From an uncultured Candidatus Saccharibacteria bacterium (lineage in GTDB: Bacteria; Patescibacteriota; Minisyncoccia; Phycocordibacterales; Zambryskibacteraceae): a DNA stretch of 64,000 nucleotides. Position 1 is the first letter of the stretch. Every line of letters begins with the position of its first letter. The stretch covers positions 78,204 to 142,203 of the forward strand of contig CAYFFP010000001.1 of NCBI GenBank assembly GCA_964342515.1, read 5' to 3'. Both the position numbers and the translations under genes were made by a program. The notes below the pieces were generated by a model. It worked only from the letters and a program-made list of their open reading frames with translations. It was not told the origin of the DNA and did no database searches. Of the stretch, positions 45,824 through 56,148 are shown piece after piece.

Positions 45824-47708
45824 AATAATTGGAATTGATTTGGGAACAACCTTCTCCGCCGTGGCGGTGATGGAAGCCGGCGCGCCGAAAATTATCGAAA
45901 ATTCGGAAGGCGCCCGCACCACTCCTTCCATAGTGGCAGTTTCTAAAACAGGCGAGCGCCTAGCGGGACTTCTTGCCAAGCGTCAGGCGGTGACCAATCC
46001 GAAGAACACCGTCTTCGGCATCAAGCGCTTCATCGGCCACACTTTCTCCGATCCGGCCGTAGAGAAAGACAGGAAGACGGTGCCTTATGAAGTGAAAGAA
46101 GGTCCGAACGGCGGAGTTTTAGTAAAAATGAGTGAGAAAGATTACAGACCCGAAGAAATCTCCGCAATGATTCTTCAGAAACTTAAGTCTGACGCAGAAG
46201 CAAAGTTAGGCGAAAAGATAACGGAAGCTATCATCACCGTTCCCGCTTACTTCAACGACTCGCAGAGACAGGCGACCAAAGACGCGGGGCAGATCGCCGG
46301 ACTCGAGGTTAAGCGCATTATCAACGAGCCGACGGCCGCGGCGCTCGCCTACGGCTTTAACAAAAAAAAGAATGAAAAAATCGCCGTCTTCGACTTCGGC
46401 GGCGGGACCTTCGACATCTCTATTCTTGAAGTAGGGGACGATGTGGTTGAGGTGAAGTCGACTGACGGCGACTCGCATTTGGGCGGCAAGGATATTGACC
46501 AAAAGGTTTTAAACTATATTGCCGAGGAGTTTAAGAAAGAGTCGGGAATCGATGTCCGCTCCGATGCGCTGGCTCTCCAACGACTTGACGAGGCGGCCGA
46601 GAAGGCCAAGATCGAACTCTCTACTGCCACGGAAACGGAAATCAATATCCCATTTATCACTTCAGACGCTTCCGGACCGAGGCATCTCCTGATGAAGATG
46701 ACGCGGGCCAAGCTTGAGGAATTGGCGCGCGAGTTCGTGGACCGCTCGATGGAAATTACCAAGCGGGCCATGGCGGCCTCGCCCTTTAAGATTGGCGATC
46801 TCCATGAAGTGATCCTCGTCGGAGGCCAGACGCGAATGCCGATGATAGCGGAAGGAGTTAAAAAGTTTTTCGGCAAAGAACCGAACAAGAGCATTAATCC
46901 GGACGAAGTAGTGGCTCTCGGCGCCGCTATCCAAGGGGGAATACTTATGGGCGATGTCAAAGACGTGCTGCTTCTTGATGTTATTCCGCTCTCGCTCGGC
47001 ATCGAGACCATGGGAGGTGTCGCTACTAAACTTATCGAGAAGAACACTACTATTCCCACTGCCAAGTCGCAGGTCTTCTCTACCGCCGCTGACAACCAGA
47101 CCTCGGTAGAGATCCATATCGTCCAAGGCGAACGCGCGATGGCGACGGACAACAAGTCTCTGGGCCGGTTCATTCTAGATGGCATACCGCCCTCTCTTCG
47201 GGGCATGCCGCAGGTCGAAGTTACTTTCGATATCGATGCCAACGGAATCTTGAATGTGAAGGCCAAAGATAAGACAACCAACAAAGAGCAGTCTATACGT
47301 ATTGAAGCCAGCTCCGGACTCTCCAAAGAAGAAGTGGAGAAGATGCAGAAGGATGCCGAAGCCAATGCCGCCGAAGATGCCAAGAAAAAGGAGTTGGTGG
47401 ATGCCAAAAATACGGCAGAGCAGTTGATATATACTGCTGAAAAAGCTCTTAAAGATGCCCCGACTGTCTCAGAAGATATCAAGAAAGGGGTTACAGAAAA
47501 GATTGAAGCGGTGAAGTCCGCAATAAGCTCCGGCGCATCCCTTGATGTTTTGAAATCTGCGACCGAGTCGCTTTCTACCGAGATGCAGAAGATCGGGGAA
47601 TTTATGTCTAAGCAGAATCAGCCGGGGGCTGATTCTGCCGCCGGTCCAGACATTAAAGATGCGGAAGTTAAGGAAGAGCCAAAAGACGACTCTGAACAAA
47701 AAACTTGA
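45816..47708 (+). CDS. dnaK: Chaperone DnaK (Hsp70)
   Basis: [37 protein letters not shown]. Confidence 0.95.
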   Translation: MSKIIGIDLGTTFSAVAVMEAGAPKIIENSEGARTTPSIVAVSKTGERLAGLLAKRQAVTNPKNTVFGIKRFIGHTFSDPAVEKDRKTVPYEVKEGPNGGVLVKMSEKDYRPEEISAMILQKLKSDAEAKLGEKITEAIITVPAYFNDSQRQATKDAGQIAGLEVKRIINEPTAAALAYGFNKKKNEKIAVFDFGGGTFDISILEVGDDVVEVKSTDGDSHLGGKDIDQKVLNYIAEEFKKESGIDVRSDALALQRLDEAAEKAKIELSTATETEINIPFITSDASGPRHLLMKMTRAKLEELAREFVDRSMEITKRAMAASPFKIGDLHEVILVGGQTRMPMIAEGVKKFFGKEPNKSINPDEVVALGAAIQGGILMGDVKDVLLLDVIPLSLGIETMGGVATKLIEKNTTIPTAKSQVFSTAADNQTSVEIHIVQGERAMATDNKSLGRFILDGIPPSLRGMPQVEVTFDIDANGILNVKAKDKTTNKEQSIRIEASSGLSKEEVEKMQKDAEANAAEDAKKKELVDAKNTAEQLIYTAEKALKDAPTVSEDIKKGVTEKIEAVKSAISSGASLDVLKSATESLSTEMQKIGEFMSKQNQPGADSAAGPDIKDAEVKEEPKDDSEQKT

Positions 47709-47923
47709 TAGATGTTATAATTAAACCCGTGGAAATTCTAGATTCAAAACTTCAAAAGCAAGTCAAACTGGTTTCAAAAAAGCTCGGTTTAAAGCCTCAG
47801 GATGTTGTAAATCGTGCGGTTTCTTCTTATCTCGGGAGTATGGAAGAATTTGCAGACCTTCAAAAGGAACTTTATCTATGGGATGTGTTGTCTGCACAAA
47901 CAATGCAAAAGTATAAATTATAA
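47705..47923 (+). CDS. Putative antitoxin (cognate of downstream MazF/PemK-like toxin)
   Basis: 72-aa ORF whose stop is adjacent to the toxin start; position is typical for MazE/PemI-type antitoxins. No strong motif. Confidence 0.4.
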   Translation: MIDVIIKPVEILDSKLQKQVKLVSKKLGLKPQDVVNRAVSSYLGSMEEFADLQKELYLWDVLSAQTMQKYKL

Positions 47924-47925
47924 GC

Positions 47926-48249
47926 ATGAAACCGGGCGATGTATATATCGTTCGTATTCCAGAACTTGGTACTCACGAACAGAGTGGAACACGACCAGCA
48001 GTAGTTATAGCTAGAGTTACAAAAACTATCGTGACAATTATTCCTTGTACTGGAAACAAACTTGCCCTTCGCTTTCCATACACGTACGAGGTAGAGGCAA
48101 CAAAAAGAAATGGTTTATCAGTCAGCTCTGTTGCGCTCATATTTCACATTCGTGCTATTGATTCAGCATTTCTCAAAGAGAAAATAGGTAAGCTTGATAA
48201 GAAAGTGCTTAGTAATATAAGAAAACAAGCAAGACAACTCATTGGATAA
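47926..48249 (+). CDS. MazF/PemK-family toxin
   Basis: [29 protein letters not shown]...IIPCTGN fits the PemK/MazF signature (G.v..v.fp...GsE..g.RPavVv...iiPiTs). Confidence 0.65.
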   Translation: MKPGDVYIVRIPELGTHEQSGTRPAVVIARVTKTIVTIIPCTGNKLALRFPYTYEVEATKRNGLSVSSVALIFHIRAIDSAFLKEKIGKLDKKVLSNIRKQARQLIG

Positions 48250-49114
48250 AATTATGAAGGATTATTATAAGATATTGGGGGTCAAAAGAGATGCTTCCGA
48301 AGAGGAAGTAAAAAAAGCGTTCAGAAAACTCGCGCATGCTTATCATCCGGATAAATCCGGCGGAGATGAAGCGAAGTTCAAAGAAGTAAGCGAGGCCTAT
48401 GCCGTGCTCTCGGACAAGAAGAAGCGGGCTCAATATGATGCTGTGGGGGCTGAAGGATTCGGGTTCGCTGGTTCTGGACCAATCCCCGATTGGTCCAGTG
48501 GATTTGATTTTAATTTCTCCGGCTTCGGTACGCAAGGTTTTGACACTGGAGATTTGAGTGATATTCTCTCGAGTATTTTCGGCGGCAGACGGGTGCGCCG
48601 CGGCCGCGATATTGCCGTTGATATCGAACTCTCTTTCCAAGAATCCATCTTCGGGGCAGAGAGGAAAGTGGTTATCAATTCCAAATACGTTAAGCAGAAG
48701 GAGGTGGCGATATCCGTGCCGGCAGGAATTGACGATGGTCAGATGATTCGTCTCGCAGGTTACGGCGAGACGCTCGAAGGCGGAGTGCCGGGAGATTTGT
48801 ATGTAAAGGTTCACGTGAGGAGGCACCCTTACTTGCGCAAAGAGGGCTATAACCTCGTAATGGACCTCCAAGCCAAACTCTCTGAAGCACTGCTCGGAGG
48901 GGAGAGGGTCATTGGCGCACTCGATGGGGAAATTACTTTGAAAATTCCCACCGGTACCAAGCACGGCACAATTTTGCGTGTCAAAGGCAGGGGCGTACCC
49001 ATGAGCCAAGTCAAAAGGGGCGATCTCTATATCCGCATTTCCGTCCAAATTCCAGAGAAACTTTCCAAAGAAGCCCGCAAAGCGGTTGAGGAATTAAAGA
49101 AACTAGGACTATAG
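48242..49114 (+). CDS. dnaJ: DnaJ-family co-chaperone lacking the Cys-rich zinc-finger domain (type II DnaJ/CbpA-like)
   Basis: J-domain [32 protein letters not shown], Gly/Phe region, C-terminal substrate-binding domains. No CxxCxGxG repeats. Confidence 0.8.
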   Translation: MDKIMKDYYKILGVKRDASEEEVKKAFRKLAHAYHPDKSGGDEAKFKEVSEAYAVLSDKKKRAQYDAVGAEGFGFAGSGPIPDWSSGFDFNFSGFGTQGFDTGDLSDILSSIFGGRRVRRGRDIAVDIELSFQESIFGAERKVVINSKYVKQKEVAISVPAGIDDGQMIRLAGYGETLEGGVPGDLYVKVHVRRHPYLRKEGYNLVMDLQAKLSEALLGGERVIGALDGEITLKIPTGTKHGTILRVKGRGVPMSQVKRGDLYIRISVQIPEKLSKEARKAVEELKKLGL

Positions 49115-49131
49115 ATTATTTGTAAATTTTA

Positions 49132-49178
49132 CCTCACACAAAATAAGAAAGCTATAGCTTTCTTATTTTGTGTGAGAA
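49132..49178. terminator. Perfect 19-bp inverted repeat hairpin after dnaJ (terminator-like)
   Basis: cctcacacaaaataagaaagc-tata-gctttcttattttgtgtgagaagg. Confidence 0.45.
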
Positions 49179-49276
49179 GGATTAGTTGCTCTGTGATAAC
49201 ATAAATAAGTTGTGGAAAAAAGTATTTATGTTTCCTTCTGGTCTCACCAAGCCGGAGAGTTTATTAAATAATTATT

Positions 49277-49789
49277 ATGACAGAAAAAGCGGTATTTGGC
49301 GGGGGATGTTTCTGGTGCACGGAAGCGGTTTTCAAAATACTTAAGGGAGTCAAGCTTGTTTTACCCGGCTACTCTGGCGGTAGAGAAGAAGACGCCACTT
49401 ACGAGAAGGTCTCGAGCGGCACTACAGGCCATGCCGAAGTAACTTACGTTGAATATGATCCGAAGGAGATTTCTTACCGCGATTTGCTTAAGGTCTTCTT
49501 CGCCTCTCACGACCCCACTACCGTCAACAGGCAAGGCAATGATATCGGACCGCAATATCGCTCGGTAATTTTCTATACAACCGAAGAGCAGAAAAAGGAA
49601 GCCGAGAAGTTTATCAAAGAAATTTCTGGCGCAGTCACGGAAGTGGAGCCATTCAAAAAATTCTTCGAAGCGGAAGATTACCATAAAGATTATTACCAGA
49701 GCCACAAAGACGCCCCTTATTGTCAAATAATCATCAATCCTAAACTGGAAAAGGTCCAGAAAAACTTCACAAATCTATTGACAAAGTAA
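49277..49789 (+). CDS. msrA: Peptide methionine sulfoxide reductase MsrA
   Basis: AVFGGGCFWCTEAVF active-site motif. Confidence 0.85.
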   Translation: MTEKAVFGGGCFWCTEAVFKILKGVKLVLPGYSGGREEDATYEKVSSGTTGHAEVTYVEYDPKEISYRDLLKVFFASHDPTTVNRQGNDIGPQYRSVIFYTTEEQKKEAEKFIKEISGAVTEVEPFKKFFEAEDYHKDYYQSHKDAPYCQIIINPKLEKVQKNFTNLLTK

Positions 49790-49807
49790 TAGCAATTATG
49801 CTATAAT
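49778..49807 (+). promoter_or_regulatory. Sigma70-like promoter (TTGACA-18nt-TATAAT) with GGAGGTG RBS for GTG-start gene at 49828
   Basis: ttgacaaagtaatagcaattatgctataat, then ggaggtg, then GTG. Confidence 0.5.
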
Positions 49808-49827
49808 GTAGAAAGATGGAGGTGTGA

Positions 49828-50430
49828 GTGGACAAACTCGCTTTGGCGCTTGGAGTGCTCGCGGGTTTGGTCCAACTCGCGGGTTACTGGCAATACAACA
49901 AGGCCATAACGTCGTATGACGGCCACAAGCCGAATGCGGCAAGCTGGCTCATGTGGGGCGTAGGTGGCGGAGTAGAACTCCTCATCTTCGACTCACTGGT
50001 CCGGAGCTGGTCGAAGGACTTCCTTCCCATGATGTGCGCAGTGGCGGCGGTATTCGTCTTTCTGCGCGTATGGTGGAGAGGAGCCGCTTTCGAACTAGAG
50101 CGGTGGGACAAGCTGGTGATCATCCCCCTTGATATTGCGTTGGTGGCATTCTATGTGGTCAGCCGCGACCCGATTACCTCCAATGTCTTTCTCGGGATTG
50201 ATATACTCGTTTCGTTCTGGCCGGCTCTTGTGAGCACTTACAGAGACCCGCAGAGCGAGCACCCGCGTTCGTGGCGAACTTGGACTCTCGCTTACGCGCT
50301 CCTTACGCTCGTGGTCATCATCGATTGGAAGAACGGATGGGAGCTTATCTATCCGGTTTCCTGCCTTGTTCTCCACGCGATTGTCTGGCGGCTCTCAAGC
50401 GCCGGACGCGCAAACCCCGCCGCAGTCTAA
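49828..50430 (+). CDS. Hypothetical multi-pass membrane protein (GTG start)
   Basis: 200 aa, about 6 TM helices; promoter/RBS support as above. Confidence 0.5.
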   Translation: MDKLALALGVLAGLVQLAGYWQYNKAITSYDGHKPNAASWLMWGVGGGVELLIFDSLVRSWSKDFLPMMCAVAAVFVFLRVWWRGAAFELERWDKLVIIPLDIALVAFYVVSRDPITSNVFLGIDILVSFWPALVSTYRDPQSEHPRSWRTWTLAYALLTLVVIIDWKNGWELIYPVSCLVLHAIVWRLSSAGRANPAAV

Positions 50431-50479
50431 ACGACTGCGGCGTTTTCATTCAAGCGGAAAATTAGTAAAATAAATACTC

Positions 50480-50962
50480 ATGAAGCATTTCTATATTGGT
50501 AACAGCAAAATTCAGGGCAGAGGATTGATTGCCGGAGAAGACATAAAGAAGAGCAGTGTTATTACTAGGATAAAAGGTCCCGCGAAATTCAAGGTAAATA
50601 AAAATAAAAGAGAAGCCCTTTCTCATCCAGACTGGGTTGGTGTTAAAAAAAATATCTGGATTGACCCTTTGCGCCCTCACAAGTTTCTTAATCATTCCTG
50701 TAATCCCAATGTCGGAGCGAAGGGTGTTACTCTTATTGCCATCAGAGATATAAAAGAGGGAGACGAGATCGCTATCGATTACTCAACTATCGAGGGAGAT
50801 CCTCGCTGGGAGATGGTCTGTAAATGCGGGGAAAAGAACTGTAGAAAGATCATAAGATCGGTTGAATTTTTAACTACCGAACATCTCGGAACCATCCCTC
50901 ACATTCCCGCTTACTTTCGCAAACTCCACGCGAAGAAAAACGGAACTAAAAAGAGTGTATAA
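50480..50962 (+). CDS. SET-domain protein lysine methyltransferase-like
   Basis: NHSCNPN...EGDEIAIDYS followed by post-SET CKCGEKNC. Confidence 0.7.
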   Translation: MKHFYIGNSKIQGRGLIAGEDIKKSSVITRIKGPAKFKVNKNKREALSHPDWVGVKKNIWIDPLRPHKFLNHSCNPNVGAKGVTLIAIRDIKEGDEIAIDYSTIEGDPRWEMVCKCGEKNCRKIIRSVEFLTTEHLGTIPHIPAYFRKLHAKKNGTKKSV

Positions 50963-50971
50963 TATCAGCAA

Positions 50972-51121
50972 ATGGATAAAAAATCGCAGACGCTTATAAT
51001 TATCTTTGCTATTATCGCTACTGTTTCAGTCGTAGTGACTTTCTATCGATATATGTTGCTTGAGGATGTAGTTTATGTGACGGACGAAGTGCTTTTTCAG
51101 GAGTCATTATTAGAGGAATGA
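50972..51121 (+). CDS. Small hypothetical membrane protein (49 aa)
   Basis: Hand-found: MDKKSQTLIIIFAIIATVSVVVTFYRYMLLEDVVYVTDEVLFQESLLEE. Stop is adjacent to the histidine kinase start. Confidence 0.25.
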   Translation: MDKKSQTLIIIFAIIATVSVVVTFYRYMLLEDVVYVTDEVLFQESLLEE

Positions 51122-51122
51122 T

Positions 51123-52778
51123 ATGGAACGAAGCGTAGGGGAATATATTCAAATGTGCGGATGGGACCAGACGAAGTTCTTAATCTTTTCTGACAACGTC
51201 TTCGGGAATCTCATCTACTACTCTCATCTTCTGCCACTGGTTGTTTCTCTTGCCCTAGCTTTATTTATCTTCTTTAAGAATAAGAACAGGAAGCTTCTAG
51301 CTTCGAGATGGTTTCTTGTCACAACAATTCTTCTTTCCATCTGGTTGTTATTTGACCTTATACTCTGGGCTACCGAAAAACCCGCTTATACCATGTTTTT
51401 TTGGTCGATTATCAATATGGTAGAACCGATGATTTATGCTAGCATGCTTTTCTTTCTGTACGCATTTATCGATAGCAAAGATACAAGCTTTAAAACTAAA
51501 CTGATTATCTTCGCGCTGCTTCTGCCGACCGTGATTCTTACTCCAACCCGCTTTGCTCTCACTCACTACGACCTTACCAACTGCTATCGCGAAGCGATTG
51601 AAGGTCCGCTCGCGTTTTACGGCTACATCATAGAAATTATCTTCGCGTTCTGGATTCTTATTCTAGGAATGGAGAGGTTTATTAGATTCAAAGAGGCGGC
51701 TGAAAAGAAAAAAGTAATTCTCATCACCATTGGCGCCGCGTTTTTCCTCCTTTCTTTCGCTATGGGCAACGTAGTAGGCTCGCTTTTGGTTGACTGGGAG
51801 CTGGGGCAATACGGACTCTTCGGTATTCCGGTATTTATGGCGATGCTCGCATATCTTATTGTCAAGTATCAAGCTTTCAACGTTAAGCTTATTGCCACCC
51901 AAATGCTGGTGGCGACACTGTGGATCTTGACCTTGGGAGTTCTCTTTTTGAGGAGAATAGGAACTGTCCGTGTAGTGGTGGCAGTAACACTTTTCTTATT
52001 TACCGTCCTAGGGTACCTGCTTATCAAGAGTGTCAAAAGAGAAGTCTCTTTGCGTGAAGAGCTGCAAGTCGCCAATGAGGGTCAGGCCAATCTCTTGCAC
52101 ATCATCAATCACCAGATCAAGGGTTATATGACTAAGGCAAGGTTAGTGTTCGATGACTTACTAAATGACGGGAGCTACAATCTCTCGGAGATGGCAAAGC
52201 CCATAGTCAAGCAGGGTTTCGACTCGGTGACGGAGGGCGTGGACTTCGTCCAGAATTTCTTGACGGCTTCCAACATCGAGCGGGGGACCTTTACTTACAA
52301 TATGATGCCACTTGACTTCAAGAAAATTGTAGCGGAACAGGCGGAAGAACAGAGAAGCGTGGCGGAAGAGAAGGGACTAAAGTATGAATTGAATGTTATA
52401 GATGGAAATTACAATATGAAAGGAGATGAAATACAGCTTGGCCAAGCAGTACGAAATCTTATCGATAATTCTATAAAGTACACGCCGAAGGGAACTATCA
52501 ACCTACAACTGACAACTCACCCCTCGACCAAGCTCGGGGCAAGCAAAATACTATTTACTATCCAAGATACTGGGGTAGGAATATCTGATGAACTAAAGCC
52601 CAAGCTCTTTACCAAAGGCGGCAGGGACAAAGATTCGCAAAAGATTAATGTCAATTCCACCGGCTTCGGCCTTGCCTTCGTCAGGGGCGTAGTCGAAGCG
52701 CACAAGGGCCGCGTCTGGGCCGACTCCGCCGGTCCCAACAAGGGCTCGACGTTCTACATGGAGTTGCCCGCCACTTAA
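51123..52778 (+). CDS. Sensor histidine kinase with multi-TM N-terminal sensing domain
   Basis: About 8 TM helices, H-box region IINHQIKGYM, HATPase_c NLIDNSIKYT...GFGLAFVRGVVEAHKGRVW. Confidence 0.8.
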   Translation: MERSVGEYIQMCGWDQTKFLIFSDNVFGNLIYYSHLLPLVVSLALALFIFFKNKNRKLLASRWFLVTTILLSIWLLFDLILWATEKPAYTMFFWSIINMVEPMIYASMLFFLYAFIDSKDTSFKTKLIIFALLLPTVILTPTRFALTHYDLTNCYREAIEGPLAFYGYIIEIIFAFWILILGMERFIRFKEAAEKKKVILITIGAAFFLLSFAMGNVVGSLLVDWELGQYGLFGIPVFMAMLAYLIVKYQAFNVKLIATQMLVATLWILTLGVLFLRRIGTVRVVVAVTLFLFTVLGYLLIKSVKREVSLREELQVANEGQANLLHIINHQIKGYMTKARLVFDDLLNDGSYNLSEMAKPIVKQGFDSVTEGVDFVQNFLTASNIERGTFTYNMMPLDFKKIVAEQAEEQRSVAEEKGLKYELNVIDGNYNMKGDEIQLGQAVRNLIDNSIKYTPKGTINLQLTTHPSTKLGASKILFTIQDTGVGISDELKPKLFTKGGRDKDSQKINVNSTGFGLAFVRGVVEAHKGRVWADSAGPNKGSTFYMELPAT

Positions 52779-52805
52779 TATATTTAATCTACATTATAAT
52801 TTATC

Positions 52806-52835
52806 TATCGGCTAATTCGCACGAATAAGAGAATA
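52806..52835 (+). repeat. Core copy C of dispersed repeat (TATCGGCTAATTCGCACGAATAAGAGAATA) upstream of ArsR-like gene
   Basis: Identical 30-mer to copies A and B. Confidence 0.75.
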
Positions 52836-52842
52836 AAAATAT

Positions 52843-53109
52843 ATGAATAGTAAAAATTTAGAAAAAATACTTAAGGCGGTAGCCAACAAGCGCCGATTGG
52901 CAATTCTCGATTATTTATCTAAAGAAAAAATAGTGAATGTAGGCGGCATCGCCGAACATATCAATTTATCTTTTAAATCTACCTCCAGACATCTTGCGGT
53001 TTTTAGAGCCACTGATATTGTCGATAGGGAGCAGATAGGGTTAGAAAATTTTTATAGCATTTCGAAAGACATGCCGGAAGTAGTCAAACAAATCATGCAC
53101 TATCTCTAA
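52843..53109 (+). CDS. ArsR/SmtB-family winged-helix transcriptional regulator
   Basis: LKAVANKRRLAILDYL...VGGIAEHINLSFKSTSRHLAVF is the ArsR HTH. Confidence 0.7.
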   Translation: MNSKNLEKILKAVANKRRLAILDYLSKEKIVNVGGIAEHINLSFKSTSRHLAVFRATDIVDREQIGLENFYSISKDMPEVVKQIMHYL

Positions 53110-53130
53110 TCTTCTTATCTATATGGACAT

Positions 53131-53151
53131 ATTCGTGCGAATAAGAGAATA
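53131..53151 (-). repeat. Core copy D of dispersed repeat (inverted palindrome variant ATTCGTGCGAATAAGAGAATA) downstream of ArsR-like gene
   Basis: Matches the repeat core with the palindrome centre CA>TG. Confidence 0.6.
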
Positions 53152-53221
53152 AGGGGGATGGTAGTTAATAGGATGTGAGATGAAACTTTAAAAAGCCTTT
53201 AAAATTGGTATGATATTGAAT

Positions 53222-54172
53222 ATGTCTAAAAAGATACTACTCTCTGGAGTCAAGCCCACTGGCAGGCCGCATGTCGGCAACTATTTCGGCGCGATGAAGC
53301 AGTTTGTCGAACTTCAGGGGGATTATGAATGTTTTATATTCATTGCCGACCTACATGCATTGACGACTGTCCAAGATAAGAAAGAATTGGAAGAGAATAC
53401 TACCGGCGTCCTTCTTGACTACATGGCAATAGGATTGGACCCGAAGCGTGTAACTATATTTAAGCAATCGGACGTGCCACAAGTTACCGAACTTGCGTGG
53501 ATATTTAATTGTCTAACTACCGTCCCTTATCTCATGCGCGCGCACGCTTACAAAGACGCTATAGCGAATAAAAAAGAGCCCAGCGTCGGATTATTTGATT
53601 ATCCGGTTCTCATGGCTGCTGACATCCTGATACAGAACGCCGATCTGGTGCCGACCGGCTTTGACCAGAAGCAACATGTGGAAATCACTCGCGATATTGC
53701 CGAGAAATTCAATAACGCGTTTGGTGAGTGCTTTAAATTACCGGAACCTTATATACCGGAGCAGGTAGCGATAGTGCCGGGGACAGATGGTCGCAAAATG
53801 AGTAAGAGTTACGGCAATACCATTCCGCTTTTTGGAACGGATGAGGAGATAGAAAAAGCGGTAATGAGTATCGTCACGGACTCTGGCTCGGATGTTCCGG
53901 AAAATGTGTATGCCATCCACGCGCTTCTACGAAATAAAAATGATCTCGAAGTGATTTATGCCGAGAATAAAGGTCAGTATAAAAAATTAAAAGAATTACT
54001 TATCGAGGATTTAAAAACTCTTATCAAACCTTTGCGAGAAAAGAGACAAGCGCTTGAGGAAGATAGGTCGGCCGTTCTGGAGGTTCTTAAAGAAGGTGGG
54101 AAAGTTGCTCGCGAACGCGCGGAGAAGAAGATGGAAAAAGTGAGAGAAAAAGTAGGGTTAAAATTATATTAA
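53222..54172 (+). CDS. trpS: Tryptophanyl-tRNA synthetase
   Basis: Class I HIGH-like PTGRPHVGNYFGA and KMSKSYGN. Start moved to the ATG at 53222 because 53210 lies within the extended -10 TGGTATGAT; possibly a leaderless transcript. Confidence 0.85.
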   Translation: MSKKILLSGVKPTGRPHVGNYFGAMKQFVELQGDYECFIFIADLHALTTVQDKKELEENTTGVLLDYMAIGLDPKRVTIFKQSDVPQVTELAWIFNCLTTVPYLMRAHAYKDAIANKKEPSVGLFDYPVLMAADILIQNADLVPTGFDQKQHVEITRDIAEKFNNAFGECFKLPEPYIPEQVAIVPGTDGRKMSKSYGNTIPLFGTDEEIEKAVMSIVTDSGSDVPENVYAIHALLRNKNDLEVIYAENKGQYKKLKELLIEDLKTLIKPLREKRQALEEDRSAVLEVLKEGGKVARERAEKKMEKVREKVGLKLY

Positions 54173-55414
54173 ATGATACAAGGATTCGTACACGCGCTAA
54201 GAATTCAATCTAAGATTATTTTTATCGTGGTAAGGAATCTTAAGGGTCTTACTCAAGTAGTGGTGACGGCAGAGAACTCCGAATTTGAAAGGGCGAAGAA
54301 TCTTACTCTTGAGTCGGTAATCCGTGTGACGGGTAAGATGGTCGATGCGCCGCAGGCGCCCGGAGGAAGCGAAATGCACCCAGAAAAAATTGAAATTTTG
54401 TCCGCGGCAGCGCCGGAGCTACCGATTCCCGTAGTGGTAAAAGGTTCTGATGAAGAGACCGAAGCTCCTACTCGATTCGATTACCGCTGGCTTGACTTGA
54501 GAAAGCCCGAGAAGGCAAAAATATTTAAAGTCTGGACCGAGTTCGAGAAGGGATGGAGAAAATATTGGGACGAGAACAATTTCATCCAGCTCTACCCACC
54601 GGCGCTAATGAGCACGCCGAGCGAGTCCGGAGCGGAAGTATTTGAGGTTAAGTATTTCGACCGGAAGGCCTACCTTGCCCAGTCGCCGCAATTCTACAAG
54701 CAGATGGCTATGGCGGCAGGGTTTGAGAAAGTCTTTATGGTCTCGCCAGTCTTCCGCGCCGAAGAGTCCTTTACCACTCGCCACATGACGGAATTTACCG
54801 GCTGGGACTTTGAGATTTCATATATCAAAGACCACAATGATGTTATGGACGCCGAAGAAGGGATGATAATCGCAGGATTCAAACAGCTTAAAGAAAAGTT
54901 TCCGGAATTAGATATAACAATACCAACGCGACCATTTCCGAGATTTACAATGGTTGAGGCGAAAAAGATTTTGAATAAGCTCGGTGTCGAATCTCCCGAT
55001 GAGCATGACCTTTCACCCGAAGAAGAAAGGGTGATTTCCGAATATATACTCAAGGAAAAGAATCATGAGTTTGTGTTTATCACTGAATATCACAAATCCA
55101 AATCAGCGTTCTATCACATGCGTATCGCGAGCGACCCTGAGCGAAGTCGAAGGGCTGATTTATTATACAGAGGTATAGAAGTTACCACTCTTGCCCAGCG
55201 TGAACATAGACCAGAGATACTCGAGAAACAGGCGAAGGAGAAGGGGATGGACCTCGAGTCGCTCAAAGACTACCTCAACTTCTTCCGCTACGGCTGTCCT
55301 CCGCATGGCGGCGCCGGTATCGGTCCCGGCCGCTTCATTATGAAAATCCTCGACCTTCCGAATGTCCGCGAAGCCACTTATCTTCCGCGTGATGTTAGAA
55401 GATTGAATCCGTAA
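54173..55414 (+). CDS. Class IIb aminoacyl-tRNA synthetase, archaeal/eukaryotic-type AspRS-like (AspRS or AsnRS)
   Basis: N-terminal OB anticodon-binding fold. Motif 2 FRAEESFTTRHMTEFTGWDFE. Motif 3 GCPPHGGAGIGPGRFIM. 413 aa. Confidence 0.7.
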   Translation: MIQGFVHALRIQSKIIFIVVRNLKGLTQVVVTAENSEFERAKNLTLESVIRVTGKMVDAPQAPGGSEMHPEKIEILSAAAPELPIPVVVKGSDEETEAPTRFDYRWLDLRKPEKAKIFKVWTEFEKGWRKYWDENNFIQLYPPALMSTPSESGAEVFEVKYFDRKAYLAQSPQFYKQMAMAAGFEKVFMVSPVFRAEESFTTRHMTEFTGWDFEISYIKDHNDVMDAEEGMIIAGFKQLKEKFPELDITIPTRPFPRFTMVEAKKILNKLGVESPDEHDLSPEEERVISEYILKEKNHEFVFITEYHKSKSAFYHMRIASDPERSRRADLLYRGIEVTTLAQREHRPEILEKQAKEKGMDLESLKDYLNFFRYGCPPHGGAGIGPGRFIMKILDLPNVREATYLPRDVRRLNP

Positions 55415-56148
55415 TGAAAGATTCATACACCGTAAAAACAGAGGTTTTTGAGGGTCCTTTAGACCTTCTCTTAGAGCTTGTGACAAAGAGGAAACTCTTC
55501 GTCAATGATGTCTCGCTCTCGCAGGTAACGGATGATTTCATCCGTTATATCGAGGAGCACGAGTCCGCCAACCGGCGGATTCCGATAGGGGAGTCTGCCG
55601 AATTTATTCTCGTTGCCTCGACTCTTATGCTCATCAAGAGCCGCTCCTTACTCCCGATGCTGGAGCTTACTGCTGAGGAAGAAGAGAGCATTCATGATTT
55701 GGAGAATCGCTTGCAAATCTACGCTAGGGTAAAAGAATTGGCCGCCGAATTGAAAGAGATTTTTGGCAAACAAATTATCTTCGAGAAGGAGCCATCCAAG
55801 AGTCCGCCCATCGTTTTCTCTCCTGATTCGAAAACAGATAAAGAGAGTCTCCTCTTGGCGCTTGAAAGAGTTATCGAGTCTCTGCCGAAGAAGGAAGTAT
55901 TGCCTAGGGTAGTGGTGAAGAAAGTAATAAGCATGGAAGAGATGATAGAGAAGCTCGCCGAGCGAGTTTCGAAGGCGGGTAAACTGACTTTTAAAGCGCT
56001 TAAGCATAAGGACAAAATCTCGACCATTGTGGGCTTCCTCGCCATGCTTGAACTCGTCAAGCGCGGCGCTATCCGCGTGACACAGAAAAGCCATAAAGGA
56101 GATATCGAAATTGAGAGCGAGGCCATAACCACTCCGACCTATGCTTGA
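55414..56148 (+). CDS. scpA: Segregation and condensation protein A
   Basis: FEGPLDLLLELVTKRKLFVNDVSLSQVTDDF. Confidence 0.8.
   Translation: MKDSYTVKTEVFEGPLDLLLELVTKRKLFVNDVSLSQVTDDFIRYIEEHESANRRIPIGESAEFILVASTLMLIKSRSLLPMLELTAEEEESIHDLENRLQIYARVKELAAELKEIFGKQIIFEKEPSKSPPIVFSPDSKTDKESLLLALERVIESLPKKEVLPRVVVKKVISMEEMIEKLAERVSKAGKLTFKALKHKDKISTIVGFLAMLELVKRGAIRVTQKSHKGDIEIESEAITTPTYA

Noticed and set aside
46514-47482. 322-aa minus-strand ORF (and 46662..47126, 46206..46502)
   Set aside because: Antisense to dnaK, whose identity is unambiguous; Ser/Ala-rich low-complexity translation.
53210-53221. TrpRS start at 53210
   Set aside because: This ATG lies inside the extended -10 motif TGGTATGAT. 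The ATG at 53222 gives the typical MSKK... TrpRS N-terminus.
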